From an uncultured Planctomycetaceae bacterium (lineage in GTDB: Bacteria > Planctomycetota > Planctomycetia > Pirellulales > Thermoguttaceae), in contig CAWGNG010000031.1 in the NCBI GenBank assembly GCA_963823895.1, positions 148,214 through 212,213 of the forward strand: DNA of 64,000 bases, given 5' to 3'. The notes under the pieces were generated by a model that saw only the letters and a program-made list of their open reading frames with translations, was not told where the DNA came from and made no database searches. Positions 55,747 through 64,000 of the stretch are shown piece after piece. The position numbers and the translations under genes were made by a program. Every line of letters starts with the position of its first letter. Position 1 is the first letter of the stretch.

Positions 55747-56700
55747 TCACGCAGCGCGAATCGAATATTGCTCATCGCGGCCATCGACGACGCAGAAATG
55801 TGGCGAAGTAATGACCGACGGTCCGCCGTCGGCTTCTGCCGTACACGTCTTCGAGCGGCGTTTGGCCATGACCGCGTGAATCGCTCCGACGGCGCGGCCG
55901 ACCAATTGCAGGAGCATCAACGGCCGCCACAGGCCGATGACGCATTCGCCGGCCACCAGCGCGGCGTGGGCCGCCACCGATCGCACCCGGCCGTGCGCCG
56001 ACGCCCAACGCCAGAAGAGCCGTTCGGAGTGGCAGCCGTGCCGGAAGCCGACCTTGTCGCGGGCGGCGGCCGAGTTTACCTTCGCCTGGCAGTTCGGCTC
56101 CACGACGCAGCGGAAGCCGGCCTCTCGAAACGACAGCGCCAACTCGATCGTCGCCAGCATCTCAACGGGCGAGGGCGAGAAACCGCCGACCGCTTCGATG
56201 GCCGAGCGGCGGTAGAAGCCGGCCAGAGCGTCGGGCCCGCAGAACTCTCCCGGCTCTTCGTCGATCTCTTCGGGCACTCGGCCGCGGCCAACCCGCCACA
56301 CGATCCCTTCGGCGCCATAGCCCATGCCGGCAGAAACAACCGTCTCCTGGTCGTTCTGGTGCAGCAGGACGGGCGCCACCGCCGCGACTTCGGGATTGCG
56401 GAAGTGCCGCAGGGCGGCCTCGGCCCAGCCCGGACAGACTTCCACGCCGCAGGCCAGCAGATGGACCACCGGCGCACGGCTGGCCGACAGCCCCAAGTTC
56501 AGACACTCGACGAAACCAGCCCCTTCGGGCGCTTGGACGAATTGCACCTCGTCGGCCAATCCGTAGGGGTCGTCGTAGGGTGCATTGTGGACGACGAGAA
56601 GTTCGCAGTTGGCCGGCCGGTTTTCCAGGATGGAAACCAAGGTGTCGTCCAACGGCTTCAGGTCGCCCAAGACAGGGATAACGATCGACAACCGAAGCAC
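55747..56700 (-). CDS. Glycosyltransferase family 2
   Basis: LSIVIPVLGD...LLVVHNAPYDDP...GFVECLNLGL...GPDALAGFYRRS has the GT2 fold pattern (DXD-like DDP). Confidence 0.8.
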   Translation of the reverse strand: MLRLSIVIPVLGDLKPLDDTLVSILENRPANCELLVVHNAPYDDPYGLADEVQFVQAPEGAGFVECLNLGLSASRAPVVHLLACGVEVCPGWAEAALRHFRNPEVAAVAPVLLHQNDQETVVSAGMGYGAEGIVWRVGRGRVPEEIDEEPGEFCGPDALAGFYRRSAIEAVGGFSPSPVEMLATIELALSFREAGFRCVVEPNCQAKVNSAAARDKVGFRHGCHSERLFWRWASAHGRVRSVAAHAALVAGECVIGLWRPLMLLQLVGRAVGAIHAVMAKRRSKTCTAEADGGPSVITSPHFCVVDGRDEQYSIRAA

Positions 56701-56936
56701 TGGTGAGATTCCTAAGTTGGAGATACCGTGTGATTCTTCGGGTTTTTCGGGAAGTGAAATTTATACAAACTGTGCCGTTGCCGCACGTCTACACGGCGGC
56801 GCCGGCATTTTTTGTGTAGATTACGCACGTTCACGCATTCTGGGGCCATCAACGCCGCGGGGGTGCTTGACGACGGCGGCCAAAACACCTACACCTTGAG
56901 GCGTGCGTTCGATTTCGTCTCCTGGGAGTCATTGCC

Positions 56937-58517
56937 ATGTTTTCACCTCGCATCCATCGTGCCCTGGTTAGTGTGAGCGACAAGTTGGGGCTGGCCGATT
57001 TCGCCCGGGGGCTTACGGCCGCGGGCGTGCAGGTTTTCAGCACCGGCGGAACCCGAAAACACCTGGAGAGCGAGGGGATCGCCGTCCGCGACGTCTCCGA
57101 ATACACCGGCTTTCCGGAGATGATGGACGGCCGGCTAAAGACCCTCCATCCGAAGGTCCACGGGGGCATCCTCTGCCGCCACGACAATCCCCAAGACATG
57201 CAGACGTTGGCCGAACACGGCATCCTCACCTTTGAACTGGTGGTGGTGAACCTCTATCCGTTCGAGGCCACTGTGGCGCGGAAGGGCGTTACGAAGGAAG
57301 AGGCCATCGAGCAGATCGACATCGGCGGGCCGACGTTGGTCCGAGCCGCGGCCAAGAACCACGCCTTCACCACCATCGCCACCAATGCCGCCCAGTATTC
57401 CGAAATCCTCGATCAAGTCGCGGCCAACGGCTGTACGACGATCGAGTTGCGGCGTCGCCTGGCCGGCGAGGCATTTGCGCAAACGGCCCGCTACGATCGC
57501 GCGATCGCCGACTTCTTCGCCAAGGCCCGGGCAGGCGAGGGCGCTGGGGAAGAGTTTCCGGGCACGGTCACAATCGGCTTGAAGTACAAAATGGGCCTCC
57601 GCTACGGCGAGAACCCGCATCAGCAAGCGGCCCTCTATTCGCGATCCGACAACCACGGCGCGAACGTGGTGGCCGCCCGGCAATTGCACGGCAAGGAGCT
57701 TTCCTACAATAATCTCCTCGATCTCGACAGCGCGCTGGCGATCGTGCGGCAGTTTTCCGAGCCGGCGGTGGTGGTGATCAAACACAACAACCCGTGCGGC
57801 GCGGCTGTCGGCGATACGCTGGTCGCGGCCCTGCAACGCGCGATGGAGGGCGATCCGCAGAGCGCCTTCGGCTCGGTGCTAGGGCTGAACCGCGTCGTTG
57901 ACGCCGCCACGGCCGACGCGCTCGCCGCGCCGGGCCTCTTCGTCGAGGCCATCGTCGCTCCCCATTTCCACGATGATGCCCTGCAAATCCTCACCACGAA
58001 GCCGAAGTGGAAGAACAACGTGCGGCTGCTGGAGGTTGGCGAATTGGGTCGGTCGCAGCCGCATTGGACGTTCCGCTACCTTGAGGGCGGCATGTTGATG
58101 CAGGAGGCCGACGTGGCCGTCGATCCTGAGGACCAGTGGCAAGTCGTCACTGAGACGCAGCCCAGCGAGGAGCAGATGTCAGATCTCCGATTCGCCTGGG
58201 AGATGGTGCGGCACGTCAAATCGAACGCGATCGTGTTGTGCAAGGACGGGATGCTGCTCGGCGCCGGCGCCGGCCAGATGAGCCGCGTCGATTCGGTCGA
58301 GATTGCCGTGAAGAAGGCGGGCGGTCGATCGAGAGGCTCGGTAATGGGCTCCGACGCCTTCTTCCCGTTCCCCGACTCGATCGACACGGCCGCCGCCGCC
58401 GGCGTAGTCGCCATCATTCAGCCGGGCGGCTCGAAGAACGACGCCGACGCGGTCGCCGCCTGCAATCGTCACGGCATTTCCATGATCTTCACCGACCGGC
58501 GGCATTTTAAGCATTAG
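56937..58517 (+). CDS. purH: Bifunctional AICAR formyltransferase / IMP cyclohydrolase PurH
   Basis: [55 protein letters not shown] and SDAFFPF are PurH hallmarks. Confidence 0.95.
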   Translation: MFSPRIHRALVSVSDKLGLADFARGLTAAGVQVFSTGGTRKHLESEGIAVRDVSEYTGFPEMMDGRLKTLHPKVHGGILCRHDNPQDMQTLAEHGILTFELVVVNLYPFEATVARKGVTKEEAIEQIDIGGPTLVRAAAKNHAFTTIATNAAQYSEILDQVAANGCTTIELRRRLAGEAFAQTARYDRAIADFFAKARAGEGAGEEFPGTVTIGLKYKMGLRYGENPHQQAALYSRSDNHGANVVAARQLHGKELSYNNLLDLDSALAIVRQFSEPAVVVIKHNNPCGAAVGDTLVAALQRAMEGDPQSAFGSVLGLNRVVDAATADALAAPGLFVEAIVAPHFHDDALQILTTKPKWKNNVRLLEVGELGRSQPHWTFRYLEGGMLMQEADVAVDPEDQWQVVTETQPSEEQMSDLRFAWEMVRHVKSNAIVLCKDGMLLGAGAGQMSRVDSVEIAVKKAGGRSRGSVMGSDAFFPFPDSIDTAAAAGVVAIIQPGGSKNDADAVAACNRHGISMIFTDRRHFKH

Positions 58518-58592
58518 GCGAACTGTCGGGGCTGCACTGCTTCGGCTATAATTCGGGAAAGAAGACCCCTTCGGCGAAACGGTTTGCGAGCC

Positions 58593-59567
58593 ATGAGCAT
58601 CGCAGCGTCGGATTTCTGTGCAGAAGAATTCGTGCCCGCCGAGTTGTCGGCGTTGGCCGATCCGCAGACGGCGATTCCGGCGATTGCCAAGGATGCTCGA
58701 CTGATCGGTCGGATCGAAGAGGCCGTGAAGCGATTTCCCACCCGGCATGATCTTCATCTCGGCGATGCGCGGGCGATGCAACTGGAGCCGGAATCGGTCG
58801 ACTTGGTGCTCACGTCGCCGCCGTATTGGACGCTCAAGGAATATCGCGATTCGGACGGGCAGCTTGGCCACGTGGCGGATTACGAAACTTTTTTGGGCGA
58901 GTTGGATCAGGTCTGGAAGAATTGCTTCCAAGCCTTGATGCCGGGCGGACGGCTGATCTGCGTTGTCGGCGACGTGTGTCTGTCGCGGCGGAAGAACAAC
59001 GGCCGCCACACGGTTGTGCCGCTGCACGCGTCGATCCAGGAGCATTGCCGGCAGATCGGTTTCGATAACCTGGCGCCCATCATTTGGCACAACATTTCCA
59101 ACGCGGTTCATGAAGTCGAGAACGGTTCGGGCTTTCTAGGCAAACCATACGAACCGAACGCGGTGATTAAGAACGACATCGAGTTCATCTTGATGCAACG
59201 CAAGCCGGGCGGGTACCGCCAGTCCTCGGTGGCGATGCGGATTCTCAGCGTCATTTCGGACGAGAACCACAAGGCGTGGTTTCAGCAGATTTGGACGGGA
59301 TTGACCGGGGCCTCGACGCGGGACCATCCCGCCCCCTATCCGCTTGAACTGGCCGAGCGGCTGATTCGCATGTTCAGCTTCGTCGGCGACACGGTGCTCG
59401 ATCCGTTCCTTGGCACGGGCACGACAACGCTGGCCGCCATGCGGAACGGGCGAAACTCGATCGGATATGAAATCGACGATAGCTACCTGGCCCATGCCCG
59501 CCGACGGATTCATAACGCGACGGATTTTTTTGCAACCAGCAAAGTGAGAATTCATGGACAGGCTTGA
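58593..59567 (+). CDS. Beta-class DNA methyltransferase (N4-cytosine or N6-adenine), apparently orphan
   Basis: Motif IV DLVLTSPPYW precedes motif I VLDPFLGTGTT (the beta-class order). HPAPYPLELAERLI matches the ParB-less MTase family pattern. Confidence 0.85.
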   Translation: MSIAASDFCAEEFVPAELSALADPQTAIPAIAKDARLIGRIEEAVKRFPTRHDLHLGDARAMQLEPESVDLVLTSPPYWTLKEYRDSDGQLGHVADYETFLGELDQVWKNCFQALMPGGRLICVVGDVCLSRRKNNGRHTVVPLHASIQEHCRQIGFDNLAPIIWHNISNAVHEVENGSGFLGKPYEPNAVIKNDIEFILMQRKPGGYRQSSVAMRILSVISDENHKAWFQQIWTGLTGASTRDHPAPYPLELAERLIRMFSFVGDTVLDPFLGTGTTTLAAMRNGRNSIGYEIDDSYLAHARRRIHNATDFFATSKVRIHGQA

Positions 59568-59655
59568 AGAACGAGTCGGAGAGGCCATCAAGTTATTCTG
59601 GACGACTCGCGACAGACAAAGCCGGAATCAGGGCATCAATAAGGCGGCCGGGTAA
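59554..59655 (+). pseudogene. Stub of the cognate restriction endonuclease gene
   Basis: ATG overlaps the MTase end by 14 nt, as in a coupled operon. MDRLEERVGEAIKLFWTTRDRQSRNQG resembles, from memory, the N-terminus of XhoI/PaeR7I-like type II endonucleases. It stops after 33 codons, and only about 20 more codons are recognisable after a frame change. Confidence 0.3.
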
Positions 59656-59761
59656 AGGCGGGAACGGGGCAGGTCCAGCTTCAGCCAATTTCAGAGACTC
59701 CGAAGAGGTGATAGTTGGACGTGTCCCCCCTTTTCACTGCGGTCGCACAAGAGTGGGTGCC

Positions 59762-62248
59762 CTAATCGTCATAAGGCCCCAAAAATCGCTCGCCGTTGAA
59801 ATGAATCATGTGGGATGGGGCATCAGCCACCCACACTTCTGTTTCCCACGATATATCACTAAGGTACTTGACCATTGCGGATCGATCCAGGAAAGCGGTA
59901 ACGAGAACGAGCCCGGCCGTGCAGTCCTTGAAGAGCCGTTTCAATTCGTCTCTCCGTTTGCCGTCCACTGGCCCATGACTTGTTACGGCTTCGATCAGCA
60001 CAAGCCAGTTCTTTTCCACGTGATAGATCACCACGTCAGGCATCTTGCCATGCAAATCGACCCTAACCCCCAGTTGCGCGAGCGTGGACTCATCGAAATA
60101 GGCCCATTTCGTGTCCGTGTCGCCGATGTAGACTGGTTTGCCGCCGGCGGTGAAGCGTGGGCAAAACTCGTCGATGATCTCCTTTATCAGCACGTTCTGG
60201 CCGCCGGGAGATAGGTCGATCGTCTCGCCCGTAATCAGCGTTAACGGAATTCTCGCCATGTTGCGTTCCCTGGCATAGCGTGCTTTGAGGGTTTCAACCG
60301 AAGATAGCCACGTCCGAAGGTTCTTGTCCCATGCCTTCGTGCCGTAGGTGCGCAGCAACTCCAGTGCCCCTTTTTCAACTTGGTAAACAGTTTTTCCGCT
60401 GTTGATTGGCCGGGTAAGTTGGTCGGGATTCGCTATAACGATTCCGGCTTCCATGAGTTGGTGGACCGTTTGCCGTCTGACCGTTTCACGAGTGTTCGGC
60501 GCATATCGCTTGCCGTAGTGTTCAGCGAACCAGTCCATGATGGGGGTGATACCGCGCAGCGGGGCCGATGCTTTCGGCCATGCGGCGTTGGGAGGCAAGT
60601 CAAGCAACGCCAGCAAAGTGAGGGCGGAACGCTCGTTCTGCTGTGCCTTTGGCAGCCCAAGGGCGGTGAGAATGACTTGTGTCTCTTCGATACGTTGTTT
60701 CGCCTTGACGGGGTCATCGTCCGCCATGCTCAGTTCCTCTCGAATAAGTGTGTCGAGTTCATCTTGTCTTGGGAATAACTCGCCAATGCGGCCGCCGACG
60801 CGATTCAGCGTTGCCAGGTCTGGATACTTCAGACTTCGCAAGTCGGCGGCGTTCACTTGTGTATGCCCGCTGAACTGGCGGAAGTAGGCGTCGACCAGCG
60901 TCGAGTTGAGATAGGCCGCTAATCCCTTTGCGAACACGATGGGAAGACCGTTACCTCTTCGATGGAAGTAATTCAAATGGTTCTCAAAGCCGTAATCATC
61001 GCCCGGCAGTCGGGATGGGTCGCAAATGGCCGCCGCAACCCGTCGCTTTTCTTCCTTCGCCGAGAACCGCTTGACCAGTACGTAGGTCCCGGCCGGAACG
61101 AGCAGGCTCTCGGTGTTGGGCGAGACTGCAAGATAATTTGGCTTCTTGCCCGGCTTCGGCCAAACGATGTAGCCGTTCTCAAAGTGAACGGGGTAGAGCA
61201 GGGGAACGGTCTTCCAATTGCTCTCAAATGCCAGCGCCTCTTTCGCACGGAAATCGACAACCCGGCCGGTAGACACCTGTATTCCCAGATCGTCAAGGGT
61301 CGCGGCAAGCCCTTGGACGCGCCCGGCAAAACGAGTCCCGATATTGTCAGGCACAACGTGAATCACGAGGTCGGGATCACGTGGACTAACCAATTCATCG
61401 GGTAGAACTTCGCGCAAGCAAATGTCCGGATCTTCCGGGTTAGCGGATGAAGAGACTACGGCTTTGCCTATAGGCTCGCCTTTAACCGCACGAAAAATCA
61501 CGTTCTCTTGTAGAACGTCAGCGTCCTTGAAGGCCGAGTTGCGGGACTCGAAAACGTGAACCCTTCGCAAGGTCATTTCGCGTAAGAAAGCTTCGCGAAA
61601 CGGGCGGAAATAGGGGCCGTTGCAGAAACTTCGCGGCGTAATGGCTATCATTTCGCCGTTTTCGTCAAGCAGTCGAAAGACGAGCCAGAGAAAAGCCGTA
61701 TAGAGATTACTCGTCTCAATCCCTACGGATCGTAGAGCGCGGCGCGTGTCGGATTCGCTGCTCAGCTTGTGGTAAGGCGGGTTCATAATTGCACAGTCAA
61801 AGGCTGGACGCGCCGCTCCCCATAAGGGACAATCCCTCAGCACCTCGACGGCTGACCGAATGAAGTCGGCTTCAATCACGTCAGCTTGAAACGCAACCCC
61901 GGCTGCTCGACACACATCTCCGCAACCCTTGACCGTTTGGCGAAGATGCTCGGTCAAATGGTGATCAGCTTCATACGCCGTCAGGTGAATCGACGACGGC
62001 CCATTGTCCAAGTTGCAGGCACGGGCGATCCATGCTGCTGACAAACTGCCGACCCCAGCCCCGGGATCGAGCAAGCGGACTTTCCCGGTATTAGTTTCGG
62101 ACAACTCGGCCATGAAGTGGGCAACGGGGACCGGCGTAAAGAATTGGCCCATTGCAGCCCGGCGCGTCGGGTCCAACCGCCTGCCAATATCCAGGCGGAT
62201 CAAGTCCACCCGATCAACTAACCCGTTCTCGTCCAGAATTGCCGCCAT
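59762..62248 (-). CDS. Single-ORF PstI/BsuBI-family restriction-modification protein (N6-adenine MTase fused to BsuBI/PstI endonuclease)
   Basis: N-terminal half: GQFFTP, LLDPGAGVGSL and AIMNPPY (gamma-class MTase, M.PstI/Eco57I-like). C-terminal half: LGLPKAQQNERSALTLLALL, YAPNTRETVRRQTVHQL and WLVLIEAVTSHGPVDGKRRDEL (BsuBI/PstI endonuclease N- and C-domains). No stop between the halves. An internal ATG at 60727 follows GAGAGGA. Start taken at the ATG at 62248. Confidence 0.8.
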   Translation of the reverse strand: MAAILDENGLVDRVDLIRLDIGRRLDPTRRAAMGQFFTPVPVAHFMAELSETNTGKVRLLDPGAGVGSLSAAWIARACNLDNGPSSIHLTAYEADHHLTEHLRQTVKGCGDVCRAAGVAFQADVIEADFIRSAVEVLRDCPLWGAARPAFDCAIMNPPYHKLSSESDTRRALRSVGIETSNLYTAFLWLVFRLLDENGEMIAITPRSFCNGPYFRPFREAFLREMTLRRVHVFESRNSAFKDADVLQENVIFRAVKGEPIGKAVVSSSANPEDPDICLREVLPDELVSPRDPDLVIHVVPDNIGTRFAGRVQGLAATLDDLGIQVSTGRVVDFRAKEALAFESNWKTVPLLYPVHFENGYIVWPKPGKKPNYLAVSPNTESLLVPAGTYVLVKRFSAKEEKRRVAAAICDPSRLPGDDYGFENHLNYFHRRGNGLPIVFAKGLAAYLNSTLVDAYFRQFSGHTQVNAADLRSLKYPDLATLNRVGGRIGELFPRQDELDTLIREELSMADDDPVKAKQRIEETQVILTALGLPKAQQNERSALTLLALLDLPPNAAWPKASAPLRGITPIMDWFAEHYGKRYAPNTRETVRRQTVHQLMEAGIVIANPDQLTRPINSGKTVYQVEKGALELLRTYGTKAWDKNLRTWLSSVETLKARYARERNMARIPLTLITGETIDLSPGGQNVLIKEIIDEFCPRFTAGGKPVYIGDTDTKWAYFDESTLAQLGVRVDLHGKMPDVVIYHVEKNWLVLIEAVTSHGPVDGKRRDELKRLFKDCTAGLVLVTAFLDRSAMVKYLSDISWETEVWVADAPSHMIHFNGERFLGPYDD

Positions 62249-62676
62249 ACGAGTTCCACCCCGAAAGAAGCAATTGTATCCGATAGGCTTGGGGTTGTGC
62301 AGCAGTACACTCGGCAGCACAAATGCGGGTAGATAGGAGATTTCGCCCGACACTTCCTCCCGTCAAGTTTGAGTAACGCCAAAGGCGCTGCGCTGGGAAA
62401 ACAGGGCTCGTGTAGGACGGTCAAAGCGTCCCCGGAACATCTGGCCGCGCTCGCAGGCTCGCGCTTAACCGCTTTCCGCACAATCACTTGCGTCGCGCCG
62501 CCAAACAAGCGCAGACGAATCGCCCCTCTGCTGGTACAATAAAGTGCTTATGCATGGAAAGAAAGGGACGACACTCGTCTGACGAAGCTTTCACAGCGGC
62601 ACATTCGGCCCAACCGCCACGAGTTCGGTTCCCAGCAGGCATTTTGGCGCGCTCTGTATGTCTAGTTCGCAGATTC

Positions 62677-63360
62677 TTGCTGACTTGCGCGGCGTCGCCG
62701 ACGGTGGCGCCGTCGCTGTTGGCTTGCGACTTCGCCGAGCTAGGCGAAGAAATCCGCCGCGTCGAACGGGCGGGGGCGAAGCTGCTGCACTTGGACATTA
62801 TGGACGGCCACTTCGTGCCCAATCTGAGCTTTGGGCTGCCGGTGGTCGAGGCCATCCGCCGCTCGACCAGCCTGCCGTTGGACGTACACCTGATGATTTC
62901 CGAGCCCGGCTGCTACGTTAAACGGTTCCGTAAGGCGGGCGCCGACCTGCTGACGATCCACATCGAAGTGGCGGCGGACCCTCGGCCGCTGCTGGATGAG
63001 ATTCATGCGCTGGGGGCCGTGGCGGGCATTTCGCTGAACCCGCCCACGCCGCTGGATGCCCTCACCGAGTACCTCGATTTTTGCGACCTCGTGCTGGTGA
63101 TGAGCGTCATGCCGGGTTTTGGCGGGCAGGAGTTCGAGGTCGAGGCGTTGGACAAGCTGCGGCGTTTGCGGGCCACGGCCGGCTCGCGCCTGTTGCTGTC
63201 GGTCGACGGCGGCGTGAATTTCGATACCGTGGGATCGTGTGCCGCCGCCGGCGCCGACCTTTTCGTGACCGGTTCGGCCCTCTTTTCGCAACCAGATTAC
63301 GGCCGGTTCATCGAGCAGATGACCGACATTGCCAGATCAGTGAAGGAAGTGCGGGTTTAG
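62677..63360 (+). CDS. rpe: Ribulose-phosphate 3-epimerase
   Basis: APSLLACDF, HLDIMDGHFVPN, DVHLM, MSVMPGFGGQ, VDGG and GSALF are Rpe motifs. Start set at the TTG at 62677 for a typical length. The ORF track begins at 62488. Confidence 0.9.
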   Translation: MLTCAASPTVAPSLLACDFAELGEEIRRVERAGAKLLHLDIMDGHFVPNLSFGLPVVEAIRRSTSLPLDVHLMISEPGCYVKRFRKAGADLLTIHIEVAADPRPLLDEIHALGAVAGISLNPPTPLDALTEYLDFCDLVLVMSVMPGFGGQEFEVEALDKLRRLRATAGSRLLLSVDGGVNFDTVGSCAAAGADLFVTGSALFSQPDYGRFIEQMTDIARSVKEVRV

Positions 63361-63363
63361 AAA

Positions 63364-63948
63364 ATGCTCCAGCTTGTGTTGATTCGCCCAGGCTCCACCG
63401 ACTACGACGTGCAAGAACGGATTCTGGGGAGTCTCGATATTCCGTTGAACGAGCGGGGTTTGGCCGAGGTCGCTGCCACCGTGGAACAGGTCCGCGACAA
63501 GGGGATGGAGCTGATCTTCGCGCCCACTTCGCAGCCGTCGCTGCAAACGGCCGGAATCATCGCCAAGGCGCTGGGGATCAAACTGAAGAAGATCGAGCGG
63601 CTGGAAAATCTCAACCAGGGGCTGTGGCAGGGGATGCTCGTCGAGGACGTGCGCCGCAAGCAGCCGAAAGTCTATCGCCAATGGCAGGAACAGCCGGAAA
63701 ACGTCTGCCCGCCCGATGGCGAGATGCTCGGCCAGGCCGACGAGCGGGTCCGCAACGCCATCGTGAAGTTGTTGAAGCGTCGCAAGGAGGGGGTGATTGG
63801 GCTGGTGCTGCCCGAACCGCTCTTGAGTCTTGCCCGCCGCTTCATTACGCACGGGGTCTTGGGAGATCTATGGAAAGCGCCCAACGGCCACGAGCGGGTC
63901 GAGGTTCTCAACGTATCGCCCGACGAGGTTCTGGCGGCGAGCGTGTAG
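63364..63948 (+). CDS. Histidine-phosphatase (phosphoglycerate mutase-like) superfamily protein lacking both catalytic His
   Basis: Family pattern LVLIRPGSTDYD..R..G..DIPLNERG..E...SQPSLQTAG...RL.E...G.W.G...DGEM... is retained. However, RHG is RPG and the distal SHG is LPEP. Confidence 0.75.
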   Translation: MLQLVLIRPGSTDYDVQERILGSLDIPLNERGLAEVAATVEQVRDKGMELIFAPTSQPSLQTAGIIAKALGIKLKKIERLENLNQGLWQGMLVEDVRRKQPKVYRQWQEQPENVCPPDGEMLGQADERVRNAIVKLLKRRKEGVIGLVLPEPLLSLARRFITHGVLGDLWKAPNGHERVEVLNVSPDEVLAASV

Positions 63949-63954
63949 AGAAGG

Positions 63955-63975
63955 ATGAATGATGAGTGATGAATG
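63955..63975. repeat. Isolated arm of the 14-bp repeat family
   Basis: ATGAATGATGAGTGATGAATG is identical in type to the inverted arm at 52401-52431. The window ends shortly after. Confidence 0.6.
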
Positions 63976-64000
63976 CAGAGTAGGGAGGTCGAATATCCCG

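Noticed and set aside
56701-56936. ZTP (pfl) or purine riboswitch in the purH leader
   Set aside because: A GC hairpin followed by T6 exists (about 56775-56812). However, the conserved ZTP elements as I recall them (GACUGGCG ... CCGCCUGGGCA) and purine-riboswitch junction motifs are absent.

Overview
High-GC chromosomal segment that looks planctomycetal (Pirellulales-like). Evidence: a DUF1559 H-X9-DG pseudopilin-like protein, a PEP-CTERM protein, TDAGL-type LRRs, an ECF sigma/anti-sigma pair, and very long antisense shadow ORFs. I support about 45 protein genes.

Housekeeping genes: rsmG, lepB, lptB, smpB, purH, rpe, wecB, a prolyl oligopeptidase and a parvulin-type PPIase.

A ~16-kb glycan-biosynthesis locus (16.7-32.4 kb) carries fused methyltransferase/glycosyltransferase proteins, a GT-C membrane protein with a polyprenol-phosphate GT2, and two cobalamin-type radical SAM enzymes. 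A two-gene ATP-citrate-lyase-like pair sits at 36.3-39.7 kb. There is also a MacB-type ABC operon.

Several visibly AT-richer islets are present:
- 1-5.0 kb: PIG-L deacetylase, PEP-CTERM protein, IS110 element, integrase stub, tRNA-Cys, hicAB.
- 39.9-43.5 kb: decayed type IIG restriction-modification (R-M) enzyme.
- 45.3-48.0 kb: complete IS66 (tnpA-tnpB-tnpC).
- 58.6-62.3 kb: orphan DNA methyltransferase with a restriction-enzyme stub, next to a single-ORF PstI/BsuBI-type methylase-endonuclease.

The most striking non-genic signal is the density of short double-hairpin (REPIN/RPE-like) repeats, at least 11 sequence families. Most sit just past stop codons. Four copies lie in frame inside otherwise intact genes, and two copies are flanked by 21-29-nt direct duplications.

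Other oddities:
- 7-nt-period stop-codon-bearing repeats abut start codons.
- A 14-bp x10.6 minisatellite with an inverted arm lies inside the ABC operon.
- At least 8 genes are broken by single +/-1 frameshifts, several in short G/C runs, so this is either assembly error or real decay.
- smpB has no canonical start codon.
- A histidine-phosphatase homolog has lost both catalytic histidines.

No CRISPR array, rRNA or tmRNA was found. All function calls come from motif recognition by eye, with no database search.
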